The translations under genes and the position numbers were made by a program. 64,000 nucleotides of DNA from the NCBI RefSeq assembly GCF_022846255.1, contig NZ_AP025682.1, one strand, 5' to 3'. Shown piece by piece: positions 25,948-37,137 of the stretch; position 1 is the first letter of the stretch; every line of letters begins with the position of its first letter. Origin of the DNA: Escherichia coli. Lineage in GTDB: Bacteria > Pseudomonadota > Gammaproteobacteria > Enterobacterales > Enterobacteriaceae. Under the pieces are notes generated by a model. That model had not been told where the DNA came from. It did not search any database and saw nothing but the letters and a program-made list of their open reading frames with translations.

Positions 25948-27189
25948 TTATTTCACCGCTTCATTCAATACGCTATCAAACTTATCCATTGGGCAAAAAC
26001 CGTTGGCATCTATCGGGCAACCGCTTAATTCCAGCGTCACGCGCTGCGCAGGTGCCTGCAGGGTTAACGCATCGGCATTACGTAACTGTTCCGCACTCTG
26101 GTACACATATTCAATTTTCATCAGGTCGCGATTGGCTTTGCTGTCATGCCAACGCTGGAAAACGATTTTGCCGCCAATCGGCGTGCGTTCGTTCTGGTCA
26201 TGCAACTGATACGGTTTGAAATCCAGCGCCGTTAACAGAGAGGCAATGTTGGAGTCGTGCCCAACTAATACCGTGATTTTCGGAGCACTGGTGCGATCGG
26301 TGACCAGGGCTTTGTCGATATAACTGACCAGCGGTTTCGCAACATTGCGCGCCACTTCCGGTGAGGTAAACAGGCTGTCCTGGTAACCGTTTTTCAGCTT
26401 CGACAACACCTTCCACTGCTGGTCAGATTTGATTTCTCCCCAGGCCACCTGATCCATCGGAAAACCTTCGTAGTATTGCAAAGTAAACGCATCTACCAGC
26501 GAGTTGCCGACTTTCAGCGGCCCGGAAACGCCCGGTTCTTGTTGATACTTCGCGCTAAAGGTATTTTTGCCATCTACAAGCGAACATTGTTGCTTCTCTT
26601 TACACGCAGGAGAATCTTTATAGTTAACGATTTGTTCCAGTAGCTTGTAGCTGTCGGTAAGCTGGAGTTTGCTGAGCTCTTTCTCCATTGCCGCCACCGC
26701 CTGTTCACTGAATGCGGCGGAATCATCGGTGATCACTGGGTTAAAGGTGGGGTCCATAGTGCCCATTTTTTCCTGGTGATGAACAGGAATATCACACCCA
26801 GGGAATGCGCCAGTAATAAAGAACTGCGCGGTCGCGACGGTGCGTTGCAGACTATTGGCATAGGCATAAACGGTGTCCGGTGGCGGGCATTCCCCTGATT
26901 TCACCATCCCCTGTTCTGCCAGCCATTCACGCATATAATGGCCCATATACACTTCGAGCACGCCCCCTTTAGTGGTGAGCTGCCCACCGGGGACGTCCCA
27001 TTCAGGCCATTTATTCGGCGTCGACTGCTCCAGCACACTGCCATTGTTCGCCAGCGGCGCACGTAAGTTATGGCGGCTCATCATGAGCACTTGCTGTAGC
27101 TGATAGCCTTCCGGTACGGTTTGTGCCTAAGCATTTGAAGCGAGTAAAACTATCCCTGCCACAGTTGCGGCGATTAGCGTTTTGTTCAT
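25948..27189 (-). pseudogene. agp: agp (periplasmic glucose-1-phosphatase) with an amber codon at codon 21
   Basis: From the ATG at 27189 the frame reads MNKTLIAATVAGIVLLASNA, then TAG (27129-27127), then [21 protein letters not shown] and onward for 413 codons in total. K-12 has Gln at this position as I recall (..SNAQAQTVPEG..). The track ORF is only the downstream 380 aa. Confidence 0.85.
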
Positions 27190-27723
27190 TCCTCACACCT
27201 CTTTTGTTATCAATAATTAAAGAGTGTGACAGAAATATGTCATTTTTCCGGGAACAGGTTCGCAAAATGGCTCGTTGAACGCCTGTTTTTCTATATTCTC
27301 CTTTAAAAACAGGCAAGTTTTGACGCAAACTATGCCTGATTAGCCCCGGCCTCGTTTACGCCGCTAATGATTACATCAGTAGCTATAAAGAAAATCAGCG
27401 GCGTTACCATTACCAATAAAAAAAGAATGTGAGACTAATAGAAATGGTTTTTAGCACATGTCTTTATCATTAAATTGCATAACGATTTAAATAGTCGAGT
27501 TGTGCATTCCTTTCCTTATTGTTTAACTTGTAAGCATGAGCCAAAAGTTCAGGAGGGAGGTAAATAAAATATGTTCCTCCCACCTTGAGGCGACCTCCCC
27601 TCCGCGATGATTTCAATAACATATTCTGTGTTGGCATATGAAATTTTGAGGATTACCCTACACTTATAGGAGTTACCTTACAGGGGTTCCTTCAATTTGT
27701 GTTGATTTACGCGAGATAACGCT

Positions 27724-28644
27724 ATGGAATTAAAGGATTATTACGCCATCATGGGCGTGAAACCGACGGACGATCTCAAGACAATCAAGACCGCCTATCG
27801 TCGACTGGCCCGCAAATACCATCCTGATGTCAGCAAAGAACCTGATGCCGAAGCCCGCTTCAAAGAGGTCGCTGAAGCCTGGGAAGTGTTAAGTGATGAA
27901 CAACGTCGCGCTGAGTATGATCAGATGTGGCAACATCGCAACGATCCGCAATTTAACCGTCAGTTCCATCATGGCGACGGTCAGAGTTTTAACGCCGAAG
28001 ATTTTGACGATATCTTCTCGTCAATTTTCGGTCAGCATGCCCGCCAGAGCCGTCAACGCCCCGCCACACGCGGCCACGATATTGAAATCGAAGTGGCGGT
28101 TTTCCTCGAAGAAACGCTTACTGAGCATAAGCGTACCATCAGCTATAACCTGCCGGTTTATAACGCCTTTGGCATGATCGAACAGGAAATCCCGAAAACG
28201 CTGAATGTGAAGATCCCGGCGGGCGTCGGCAATGGTCAACGCATCCGCCTGAAAGGCCAGGGGACGCCGGGCGAAAACGGCGGTCCAAATGGCGACCTGT
28301 GGCTGGTGATTCACATTGCGCCACATCCGCTGTTTGATATTGTCGGCCAGGATCTGGAAATAGTGGTGCCGGTTAGCCCGTGGGAAGCGGCGCTGGGTAC
28401 TAAAGTCACCGTTCCAACACTGAAAGAAAGCATTTTGCTGACTATCCCGCCTGGCAGCCAGGCCGGGCAACGATTGCGCGTTAAAGGCAAAGGTCTGGTG
28501 AGCAAAAAACAGACCGGCGATCTGTATGCGGTACTGAAAATCGTGATGCCGCCGAAACCGGATGAAAACACTGCCGCGCTGTGGCAGCAACTGGCAGACG
28601 CCCAGTCGTCTTTTGATCCACGTAAAGATTGGGGGAAAGCATAA
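27724..28644 (+). CDS. cbpA: CbpA curved-DNA-binding DnaJ homologue
   Basis: 306-aa ORF with a J-domain (DYYAIMGV...YHPD). Confidence 0.97.
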
Positions 28645-28949
28645 TGGCTAATGTTACGGTGACTTTTACTATTACCGAATTTTGCCTGCATACCGGCATC
28701 TCTGAAGAGGAGTTGAATGAAATTGTCGGTTTGGGGGTGGTTGAACCGCGGGAGATCCAGGAGACAACCTGGGTATTTGACGACCATGCCGCCATTGTGG
28801 TGCAACGCGCGGTACGCCTGCGTCATGAACTGGCTCTGGACTGGCCGGGGATCGCGGTGGCGCTGACGTTAATGGATGATATTGCGCACCTGAAGCAGGA
28901 AAACCGCCTGCTGCGCCAGCGGCTTTCCCGGTTTGTGGCTCACCCGTGA
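28644..28949 (+). CDS. cbpM: CbpM modulator of CbpA
   Basis: 101 aa from [19 protein letters not shown]. The start overlaps the cbpA stop. Confidence 0.93.
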
Positions 28950-28955
28950 GTTTGT

Positions 28956-29095
28956 TGCCTGATACGACGCTTAACGCATCTTATCAGGCCCACAAAAAGC
29001 ACTGTTCCCGTAGGCCGGATAAGGCGTTCTCGCCGCATCCGGCAACTGCGCACTAATGCCTGATGCGACGCCTGCCGCGTCTTATCAGGCCTACA
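28956..29095. repeat. REP/BIME cluster
   Basis: Repeated TGCCTGATGCGACGC...CTTATCAGGCCTAC and GCCGGATAAGGCG units between cbpM and torD. Confidence 0.85.
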
Positions 29096-29102
29096 AACGG
29101 CA

Positions 29103-29702
29103 TTATCTTTTTTGGTAGTCACACTCCACTAACACCAGCAATAACTGGCTTAGTGCCGCGTAAAAACCAAAGCTGTCATACTGTCGACAACGCGCAGCAA
29201 ACTCTGGTAACCATTCCCGCAGCGCCGTCAGTGTTTTTTGCCGCAAACCGTCGATTCTTCGCGCAGGAACGGTCCCCTCTCCCAGCGAAAAATGCAGATG
29301 ACTCAACAACTCGAGATAGATCGCCAGATGATCTGCCGGTTCGTTGAAATTGCCGCTGGTCTCCATCCCTGCCTCAACTAACAAGCGTTTAATCTCTTGC
29401 TCGTCCTGTTTGTAGGCCGATGCATACGGCAGCGCCGCTTGTTTGTCGGTCATCAGAAACAGGCCGCAAAAGTCAGCGGCCAGTTCCAGACGGGCATCGT
29501 CACGTACTGTCAGAGTGGCAATACTGTTTTCCAGCCCATTCACCGCCGCAGTGAGCGGAGGTTCGCTTTTCAGCAACGAAAACCATTCAGCCATCTGCGC
29601 ACTGGCGATTTGCGTCAGTTGTTCATCGTCCAGTTCACGGGAGAACAACTGCGCCAGCCAGGCGTAAACACAGGCAATCTGTTGTGCTGTCAGCGTGGTC
29701 AT
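29103..29702 (-). CDS. torD: TorD, chaperone for TorA
   Basis: 199 aa from [20 protein letters not shown]. There is an ATGA overlap with the torA stop. Confidence 0.95.
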   Translation of the reverse strand: MTTLTAQQIACVYAWLAQLFSRELDDEQLTQIASAQMAEWFSLLKSEPPLTAAVNGLENSIATLTVRDDARLELAADFCGLFLMTDKQAALPYASAYKQDEQEIKRLLVEAGMETSGNFNEPADHLAIYLELLSHLHFSLGEGTVPARRIDGLRQKTLTALREWLPEFAARCRQYDSFGFYAALSQLLLVLVECDYQKR

Positions 29703-32245
29703 GATTTCACCTGCGACGCGGGAACATATTCGCACTGCGCCACCATCTCCACGGGGCCGTTAAACGCCGTCACCTGCTCCACTGTTCCGTTGTACTTCTC
29801 AATTTCCACCAGCGTAGTGTGCGCACTGGTCGCCTGCGCCAGCTGCGAAGTACCGATGTCGATGGTCAACACGTTGGGGTTACCGTATTTGCACAGCGCC
29901 CCTGGCTCGCCGCCTTTGTCCGGATCGTACCATGCCCCTTCGTGAATTCGCGCCACGCCGGGTGCATAACGGTCAGAAACCACTGCTCCAGCCAACACCT
30001 GACCACGAACGTTAAAGACGCGTACCACATCACCGTGACGAATACCGCGCGCGCTGGCATCCTGCGGGCTAATAAATACTGGCTCTTTACCCGCTACGGT
30101 ATATTGCTGACGCAGAGTTTCCGACTCACATAACTGCGAGTGAAGTCGGAAATCCGGATGCACAGATTGCAGATGCAACGGATACTTCTGCGAGCCAGGC
30201 CCACCGTGGGAGCGTTCGATTTTCTCAAACCACATCGGATGCCCCTGACAATCGTCGTAGTTCATGTCGGCGATGGTTTTCGAGTAGATCTCAATCAGGC
30301 CACTCGGCGTGCCCAGCGGTTCGAGATCCGGATCTTCGCGGAATGCCTGGTGGCGAACAAACATCTGCGGATGGTCAAACTCGACGTACTCTTTGTTATT
30401 CCAGAAGTCATCAAACGCTGGCAGATGAACGCCGCGTCCTTTGCCCTGTTGTACACCTTCCTGCCAGATGCGTTTCAGCCAGCCCATTTCGTCCAGCCCT
30501 TCGGTAAAGGCTTCTTCGCGATTAAAGCGACGGCACAGCTCGCGGAAAATATCAAAGTCGTTGCGCGCCTCGAACTGCGGCGGCACGACCTGTTTCATGG
30601 CGATGATGCCACGATTGGAGTGGTTGCCGTACTGGTCGAGATCGTTACGCTCAAACTGCGTGGTCGCAGGCAGCACGATATCGGCAAAGCGGCAGGTTGA
30701 GGTCCACTGGTTATCTATGGCGATAACCGTTTCCAGCTTGCGCCAGCCTTCAATAATGCGGTTGATCTGCTGATGGCGATGGAACGGGTTAGTTCCGGCA
30801 AAAATACACATTTTCAGCGGCGGCAGTTTTACCGATTTACCGTTCCAGTTGATTACTTTCCCCGGTTCGAGGATCGCATCGATAAAACGGGCAATCGGAA
30901 TGGTGCTGCTGTAGCCTTTGTAGTCACTGTTGTCGTGAACAGGCGGAATCGACGTAGAGCCGGAGAAACCACTCAAAATAACGCCTTTACGCCCCGGCGT
31001 GCCTGCGCCGTTATAGTGCCAGCCAAAACCAAAACCACCACCTGGCAGGCCAATTTGCCCCAGCATCGCCGCCAGAACGACAATCATCCACGCCCACTGT
31101 TCACCGTGCTGCATACGCTGTACGCACCAGCCAGCAATAATCTGCGTTCTGTTCGCCGCCATCTGCCGTGCCAGCCCACGAATGGTTTCGGCATCAATGC
31201 CGGTCAGTTTTTCTGCCCATGCGGCATCTTTCGGCTGACCGTCTTTCTCACCCAGCAGATACGGCAGGAACTGCTCAAAACCTACACAGTAGTTAGCGAG
31301 GAAGTTTTTGTCGTACAGGTTTTCACTGTACAGCGTATGCGCCAGAGCCAGTTGCAGCGGCACGTCAGTTTGCGGGTTAACCGCAATGTGCTTCACATGC
31401 TCGCCCCCCAGATACTCATGGGTGGATGTGACAACCGGATCGATGCTGATGACCTCAATTTCACCGGCGGCGACTTTCGCTTTTAGCTGCTCGTAATATT
31501 CATAAACATCGTGATCCGGGCACCACCAGTTCGCTTGCTGGTTTTTCAGCAAATCGGAGCCCCACAGCACAATGGTTTTGCTGTTCTGCAATACCAGCGG
31601 CCAGGAGGTTTGCTGTTCATACACTTCCATCGAACCGACTACGCGCGGCAGGATCACCTGCGCAGCCCCGGTAGAGTAATCTCCGCCTGTACCAACGCTA
31701 TTACCATGCAAGGCAATCGCTTTCGCCAGCATCCCCGAAGCGTTATGGAACATCCCCGTCGATTGCCAACCACTGGCGGTCAGCAAGGCACTCGGCCCGT
31801 GAGTTTTCTGTACGCGTTCCAGTTCTTCATAGAACATGTCGAGGGCTTCATCCCAGCTCACGCGCACAAAACGGTTATCACCGCGCTGGGAGGTGTCGCT
31901 CAGATGGCGCTTACGTAGCCAGTCCACGCGTACCATCGGATAACGAATACGCGCCGCGTTGTGTACATGATCCGGCAATCCGGCGATCATTTTCGACGGA
32001 TATTTATCCAGTTCGAACGGTTTTGCTGCCACGAAGCGACCCTCCTTCACCGTCGCGCGGATAGCCCCCCAGTGCGACCCGGTAAGAATGCCCTCTTTCG
32101 AGATGACAGCCTCAGTCGCCGCTTGCGCCGCAGTCGCACGGCGCGGCGTTAACAATGACGGCCCCAGCATCCCGGCGACGGTTAAGCCGCCGAGTTGTGC
32201 CAGAAAACGCCGACGTGATGCCTGAAAGAGATCGTTATTGTTCAT
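29699..32245 (-). CDS. torA: TorA TMAO reductase (molybdoenzyme)
   Basis: 848-aa ORF with the Tat signal [16 protein letters not shown]. Confidence 0.98.
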   Translation of the reverse strand: MNNNDLFQASRRRFLAQLGGLTVAGMLGPSLLTPRRATAAQAATEAVISKEGILTGSHWGAIRATVKEGRFVAAKPFELDKYPSKMIAGLPDHVHNAARIRYPMVRVDWLRKRHLSDTSQRGDNRFVRVSWDEALDMFYEELERVQKTHGPSALLTASGWQSTGMFHNASGMLAKAIALHGNSVGTGGDYSTGAAQVILPRVVGSMEVYEQQTSWPLVLQNSKTIVLWGSDLLKNQQANWWCPDHDVYEYYEQLKAKVAAGEIEVISIDPVVTSTHEYLGGEHVKHIAVNPQTDVPLQLALAHTLYSENLYDKNFLANYCVGFEQFLPYLLGEKDGQPKDAAWAEKLTGIDAETIRGLARQMAANRTQIIAGWCVQRMQHGEQWAWMIVVLAAMLGQIGLPGGGFGFGWHYNGAGTPGRKGVILSGFSGSTSIPPVHDNSDYKGYSSTIPIARFIDAILEPGKVINWNGKSVKLPPLKMCIFAGTNPFHRHQQINRIIEGWRKLETVIAIDNQWTSTCRFADIVLPATTQFERNDLDQYGNHSNRGIIAMKQVVPPQFEARNDFDIFRELCRRFNREEAFTEGLDEMGWLKRIWQEGVQQGKGRGVHLPAFDDFWNNKEYVEFDHPQMFVRHQAFREDPDLEPLGTPSGLIEIYSKTIADMNYDDCQGHPMWFEKIERSHGGPGSQKYPLHLQSVHPDFRLHSQLCESETLRQQYTVAGKEPVFISPQDASARGIRHGDVVRVFNVRGQVLAGAVVSDRYAPGVARIHEGAWYDPDKGGEPGALCKYGNPNVLTIDIGTSQLAQATSAHTTLVEIEKYNGTVEQVTAFNGPVEMVAQCEYVPASQVKS

Positions 32246-33417
32246 TATTTTTCTTCCTTCTTATCGCCGTGAGCTTTACCTGCGGTGTCAGACGCATTCA
32301 TTTGCAGATATTTCAACAAGGTGCGTTCTTCACGTTTATCGAGGCTGGTAAAGCCAATCATGCCGTTGAGCGTGCCGATCCAACCGTTAGCGTCAAAGTG
32401 GGATATTTCCGGTGCGCCGTGGCACTGGTTACAGGTGCCGTTGTACAGCGAATCCGCATAAGCCCAGATCGGTTTGATATCGTTCACCATGTCGCCTTTC
32501 TTCATCCACGCAGTGGCCTGCAACTTGCTCCACTCGGTATTGGTGTCGGCAACGGTGGTTTTCTCCAGTGTTTTCACCTGCTGCTGCACATCACCACGAA
32601 TCGAGGCAACAAAGATGCGTTTACCTGGGAATTGGGTGAGTACACGCTGACGTCCTGCACTTTCCGTCCAGCCAGTGATTTCAATTTGCAGCCAGTCGCC
32701 GTCACGTTTAAGGACTTTCACTTCCGAAGCAGGCAGCAGAGAACCAGACGCTTCTTTATCGCCTTTCGCCGCATAAATCGGCTTAATATCAATGGAGTAC
32801 AGCGTGTCACCACTATCATTAGCACTGGCGCGCAGCTCATCGAACTGCTTACGGAAGCCACTACTCATATCCGGTAACTGGTGGGCAATACCTTTATGAC
32901 AGTCGATGCAGGATTGATTATCTTTCGCTGCCACCTTCATCTGACGCGCCGCTTCAGGATGCTGCTTCGCATGATCCATCGCATCGTAGTTATGGCAGGA
33001 GCGGCAGGTTGCCGAGTTGTTTTCTTTCATTCGCGCCCATTCACGCTCGGCAAGTTCCGCGCGTTTGGCTTCAAATTTCTCAGGTGTATCAATGGAGTGG
33101 GCAATAAAGGTCTGGTAAATGTCGTTGCTCGCTTCCAGTTTGCGCTTCACCATGCCTGGAATATCCGGCGGGATATGACAGTCATGGCATTCAGCTCGCA
33201 CGCCGGAGGCGTTCTGGAAATGCACCGACTGTTTATATTCTTCATACACCGGTTGCATACTGTGGCAACTGACACAAAATTCGGTTGTGCTGGTGACTTT
33301 GATCCCAACGTGTGGCAATACAATCAGCGCAATGCCAATCACAATCCCAGTAGCGACCAGCGCCAGTACCGACCAACGAGCACTGGGTCGGCGTAGCGCG
33401 TTCCAGAGTTTCCGCAT
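32245..33417 (-). CDS. torC: TorC pentahaem c-type cytochrome
   Basis: 390 aa from MRKLWNALRRPSARW. It has multiple CxxCH motifs (CVSCH, CHDCH, CRSCH, CIDCH, CNQCH). Confidence 0.96.
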   Translation of the reverse strand: MRKLWNALRRPSARWSVLALVATGIVIGIALIVLPHVGIKVTSTTEFCVSCHSMQPVYEEYKQSVHFQNASGVRAECHDCHIPPDIPGMVKRKLEASNDIYQTFIAHSIDTPEKFEAKRAELAEREWARMKENNSATCRSCHNYDAMDHAKQHPEAARQMKVAAKDNQSCIDCHKGIAHQLPDMSSGFRKQFDELRASANDSGDTLYSIDIKPIYAAKGDKEASGSLLPASEVKVLKRDGDWLQIEITGWTESAGRQRVLTQFPGKRIFVASIRGDVQQQVKTLEKTTVADTNTEWSKLQATAWMKKGDMVNDIKPIWAYADSLYNGTCNQCHGAPEISHFDANGWIGTLNGMIGFTSLDKREERTLLKYLQMNASDTAGKAHGDKKEEK

Positions 33418-33465
33418 AATAGCCCCTGTAAAATTATGGTTTAGTGAAGCGATCTTAATGAGCAA

Positions 33466-33528
33466 ATATGAACAGCGGCACTGGTCAGGATGAACGGCTT
33501 ACGGCAGAATATGAACAGATATGAACAG
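33466..33528 (-). promoter_or_regulatory. torC promoter tor boxes (TorR sites)
   Basis: The minus strand carries CTGTTCATAT at 33466-33475, 33509-33518 and 33519-33528, plus the variant CCGTTCATCC at 33488-33497. This is the classic four-box arrangement. Confidence 0.85.
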
Positions 33529-33546
33529 AATGAGTAAAACCCTCTG

Positions 33547-34239
33547 ATGCCACATCACATTGTTATTGTTGAAGATGAGCCGGTTACCCAGGCGCGATTA
33601 CAATCTTACTTCACTCAGGAGGGGTATACCGTTTCCGTTACGGCGAGCGGTGCCGGGCTGCGGGAAATTATGCAGAATCAGCCGGTGGATTTGATTCTGC
33701 TGGATATCAATTTGCCCGATGAAAATGGCCTGATGTTAACCCGCGCCCTGCGAGAACGCTCAACGGTGGGGATTATTCTGGTTACCGGACGCAGCGATCG
33801 GATTGACCGTATTGTTGGGCTGGAAATGGGCGCAGACGATTACGTCACCAAACCGCTGGAGCTGCGCGAACTGGTGGTACGAGTGAAAAATTTGCTCTGG
33901 CGAATCGACCTCGCGCGACAGGCGCAACCGCACACTCAGGACAACTGCTATCGCTTTGCCGGTTATTGCCTGAATGTGTCGCGCCATACGCTGGAGCGGG
34001 ATGGAGAGCCGATTAAACTGACCCGCGCAGAGTATGAAATGCTGGTGGCGTTTGTGACCAATCCCGGCGAAATTCTCAGCCGTGAACGTCTGCTGCGTAT
34101 GCTCTCTGCGCGTCGGGTGGAAAACCCTGACCTGCGCACCGTCGATGTGTTAATTCGTCGTTTACGCCATAAACTCAGTGCAGATTTACTGGTGACACAA
34201 CATGGCGAAGGTTATTTCTTAGCCGCTGATGTGTGCTGA
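33547..34239 (+). CDS. torR: TorR OmpR-family response regulator
   Basis: 230-aa ORF with receiver and winged-helix domains. Confidence 0.97.
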   Translation: MPHHIVIVEDEPVTQARLQSYFTQEGYTVSVTASGAGLREIMQNQPVDLILLDINLPDENGLMLTRALRERSTVGIILVTGRSDRIDRIVGLEMGADDYVTKPLELRELVVRVKNLLWRIDLARQAQPHTQDNCYRFAGYCLNVSRHTLERDGEPIKLTRAEYEMLVAFVTNPGEILSRERLLRMLSARRVENPDLRTVDVLIRRLRHKLSADLLVTQHGEGYFLAADVC

Positions 34240-35240
34240 TAAAAATAGACCGGACGAAATCCCCCTGGTGACAGCGAGCGACGGATATGTTCGCGGTCGG
34301 CATTTTTCGGCGTCATGACTAAAATCGGTGGGCTGACATTATCAGACACCGATTGCCCCTGTAATTGCCTGATAGCCTGCTCAACCGCCAGTTCCCCCTG
34401 CCAGACCATTTGATCGCTGGCTGCCATAATCACTCTTCCCCGCTTCAACCCGCGATACACCTGATGTGAAAGATAAAACGACACCACGGTAAGCGGCGTT
34501 TTCAGGTTGCGCCCTTCCCCCATTGCCGCCTCTGCCGCAATGGCCGTTCCGGCAACGACGTCGATTTCTGGATGGCGTTCCAGCATCTCCTGCAACAGGT
34601 TACGCTGGATTTCAATATCGTTATCACCGAGCGCAATATCAACAATACGTACCGGGCTTCCGGCAATGGCTGCGCGAAAACCCTCTACCATCTCCTTACT
34701 GCCCCCGGCGTTATCGGGGCCGGGCATCAACAGCACGTTCAGTGGTTTACCGTGCGCCCATTGCACCAGATATCGCCCTGGTTGATAGCCCATCTGAAAC
34801 CAGGGCACACCAACGCGGCTTTTCACCTGGGGAGCATCAATAGCATTCACCAGTTCGATCACCGGCAGATTTGCTACCTGCTTTTGCAGATCGGGAAATG
34901 ACGTCGTGCTACTACCGAGCAAAATGGCCTCTGCGCCCCACTGTTTACATTGGTCGATTTGTGCTTGCTGGGTAGCCAACTGGCTGTAGCCGCCTGCCTC
35001 CAGCACTTTTAAATCCACACCGTAGCGGCGAGCAGCCTCCTGCATACCATAGTTCAACGATAACCAGTATGAATCTTTCAGGCTGGGATAAAGCGCGCAC
35101 AGTTTCCATGCGCGTTTGGCTTTAAGCGGCGTAGAGGCTTGCACCGTGTAATGCTGCGCATCATGCCAGCGCAACAGGTTATCAGCCGAAAATGCCGATA
35201 ACATGAAAAGGGAAAGAAGTAAAAATAGCAGTACGCGCAT
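34212..35240 (-). CDS. torT: TorT periplasmic TMAO-binding protein
   Basis: 342-aa ORF with a signal peptide. Its 3' end overlaps torR, as in K-12. Confidence 0.96.
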   Translation of the reverse strand: MRVLLFLLLSLFMLSAFSADNLLRWHDAQHYTVQASTPLKAKRAWKLCALYPSLKDSYWLSLNYGMQEAARRYGVDLKVLEAGGYSQLATQQAQIDQCKQWGAEAILLGSSTTSFPDLQKQVANLPVIELVNAIDAPQVKSRVGVPWFQMGYQPGRYLVQWAHGKPLNVLLMPGPDNAGGSKEMVEGFRAAIAGSPVRIVDIALGDNDIEIQRNLLQEMLERHPEIDVVAGTAIAAEAAMGEGRNLKTPLTVVSFYLSHQVYRGLKRGRVIMAASDQMVWQGELAVEQAIRQLQGQSVSDNVSPPILVMTPKNADREHIRRSLSPGGFRPVYFYQHTSAAKK

Positions 35241-35294
35241 GATAGCCTCATCAATAATAAGGCTTTATGCTAGATGCATTCTGCTTTGCGACTC

Positions 35295-35465
35295 AACCTT
35301 TTTCACCTAAAGGATGACAAAATCACATAAATAATTTAAAAATCATAGCATTAGATTACTTAATGATTAAATAATAGACTGCAAAACGCGACAAAACACA
35401 ACATATCCAGTCACTATGAATCAACTACTTAGATGGTATTAGTGACCTGTAGCAGAGCATTAGCG
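35295..35465. mobile_element. Prophage attR (POB'): HK022-type core plus lambda-type P arm
   Basis: The reverse complement of 35296-35313 is CTTTAGGTGAAAAAGGTT, which I recall as the HK022 att core. Bases 35391-35460 (ACAAAACACAACATATCCAGTCACTATGAATCAACTACTTAGATGGTATTAGTGACCTGT) are near-identical to the lambda attP P arm. They include arm-type sites CAGTCACTAT (35409-35418, P2) and the reverse complement CAGGTCACTAAT (P1, ~35447-35458). The spacing from P1 to the core is ~145 bp, as in lambda. Confidence 0.8.
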
Positions 35466-35499
35466 CAAGGTGATTTTTGTCTTCTTGCGCTAATTTTTT
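35463..35499 (+). terminator. Lambda tI / sib-region hairpin, separated from int in the prophage
   Basis: GCGCAAG-gtgatttttgtctt-CTTGCGC followed by TAATTTTTT. The flanking sequence out to ~35560 matches the lambda sequence just left of attP as I recall it. Confidence 0.7.
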
Positions 35500-35766
35500 G
35501 TCATCAAACCTGTCGCACTCCAGAGAAGCGCAACGCCTCGCAATCCAGTGCAAAGCTTTGCGTGCCCCCACTACGACCTGCATAACCAGTAAGAAGATAG
35601 CAGTGATGTCAAACGACGCAGCTGACTTCTTTTCTTTCACGACTTCCCCACACCCAGCATGCATACCTTTCTGCCATAACTGTAGTGAATGTCTGCTATG
35701 AGCGAGGAGTGATCATTAGCCTCTCAGCCGGATGCCTTAGAGTACGCCAGAAATAAAAGGATTGCG

Positions 35767-36960
35767 CTACTGCGCCTTCCTGTTTTGACGGGATGTGGCA
35801 TATGTCATCGCTACCGCTCCCAGAAGTAACAAACCACTTAAACCAAAAGCACTTCTCCATCCCAGACTGTCGAATACCAGACCTCCAGCTGTTGAACCAA
35901 GTGCAATAAATAACTGAATCACCGCAACCATGAGGCCTCCCCCCGTCTCTGCATCTTCGGGTAACGCGCGTGCTATCCATGTCCACCACCCCGTTGGCGC
36001 AGCTGTCGCAAGTAGCCCCCACAGGCTGAGTAGAACGGCAACAGCCCAGATATGGTGTCCGACCAGCAGTAGCGCACCGGTAATCGCTGCCATAAGCAAC
36101 GGGATCATGATTAAGGTCTTATAAAATGTGGTGTTCAGGAATGTTGAGACGATCATTGTGCCGACAAAACCTGCTACGCCTATTGCGAGCAAAATCAGAG
36201 AAAGATCAGAAGGTCCCACTCTGGTGACGCTCTCCAGAAAGGGGCGCACGTAGGTAAATAAAGCAAACTGTCCCATAAAGAAGAGTCCGCAGGCCAGCAG
36301 TCCCGTTGGTACGATGGCAACGCTGAACAGGCGAAGCACAGATCTCTGTGGCTTTTGTGTTTTATCACTTTCCATCGGAGGCAGACTGACCCATTGCCAG
36401 ATGAACGCAGCTATCGCAAGGGGGACCAGACATAAAAAGGCCCCACGCCAACCGATGGTTGTCCCCAGATAGCTACCAAGCGGCGCTGCTACAACGGTGG
36501 CCAGCGCGTTGCCGCCGTTAAAAATTGCCAGTGCGCGGGAAACCTGGTGCTGCGGCACGAGCCGAATGGCGGTTGCAGCCGACATTGACCAGAACCCTCC
36601 GATGACAACACCAATCAGAGCCCTCCCCAGCATATAAATCGGATAGTCAGGTGCTATAGTGATAATTATTCCCGATATGGCCATTAAGACCGTCAGTCCT
36701 AGCAAAAGATATTTTCGATCCAGGTCTCCGACAATACGGGAGATAGTCAGACTGGTAAGCACCGCCAGCGCACCAGAGACAGCAATTCCTTGCCCTGCCA
36801 GCCCTTCGGTAACGTGCAAATCATGGGCAATGAGCGTAAGCAGGCTGACTGGCATAAACTCAGAAGCGATCAGCACAAACACGCAAAGCGTCATGGCGAA
36901 TACGCCGCTCCAGTATGCATGCGTTTTTCCGTATGATTGTTTGAGACTTACAGTGGACAT
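35767..36960 (-). CDS. MFS transporter (12-TMS, DHA1/sugar-efflux-like)
   Basis: 397-aa polytopic ORF with an MFS-type loop motif (GDLDRKYLLLG) and ~12 hydrophobic segments. Confidence 0.8.
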   Translation of the reverse strand: MSTVSLKQSYGKTHAYWSGVFAMTLCVFVLIASEFMPVSLLTLIAHDLHVTEGLAGQGIAVSGALAVLTSLTISRIVGDLDRKYLLLGLTVLMAISGIIITIAPDYPIYMLGRALIGVVIGGFWSMSAATAIRLVPQHQVSRALAIFNGGNALATVVAAPLGSYLGTTIGWRGAFLCLVPLAIAAFIWQWVSLPPMESDKTQKPQRSVLRLFSVAIVPTGLLACGLFFMGQFALFTYVRPFLESVTRVGPSDLSLILLAIGVAGFVGTMIVSTFLNTTFYKTLIMIPLLMAAITGALLLVGHHIWAVAVLLSLWGLLATAAPTGWWTWIARALPEDAETGGGLMVAVIQLFIALGSTAGGLVFDSLGWRSAFGLSGLLLLGAVAMTYATSRQNRKAQ

Positions 36961-37137
36961 TATTAGCCCCCCTTAATATCGAACCAGCCAGATTCAGGCG
37001 CAGTCGGGTCAGAAGTTATTCAGGGAATAACGACATAATAGTTGGGTGAGAATAGAGGGCGATGCGGCATATTCTGCATCACACCAGACAGTTAAAAGCC
37101 ACCCGTTTACGACAGGTGGCCTGGTAAACCTTTCGGG

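Noticed and set aside
27068-27328. 86-aa minus-strand ORF at the agp 5' end
   Set aside because: It is out of frame with agp. The agp frame, with its single amber codon, explains this region.
32155-32877. 240-aa plus-strand ORF
   Set aside because: It is antisense to the torA/torC junction, with the composition of an antisense frame.
35425-35664. 79-aa minus-strand ORF and overlapping 74-aa plus-strand ORF
   Set aside because: They span the att P arm and the tI/sib hairpin, which correspond to non-coding lambda sequence. They have no RBS and no family resemblance.
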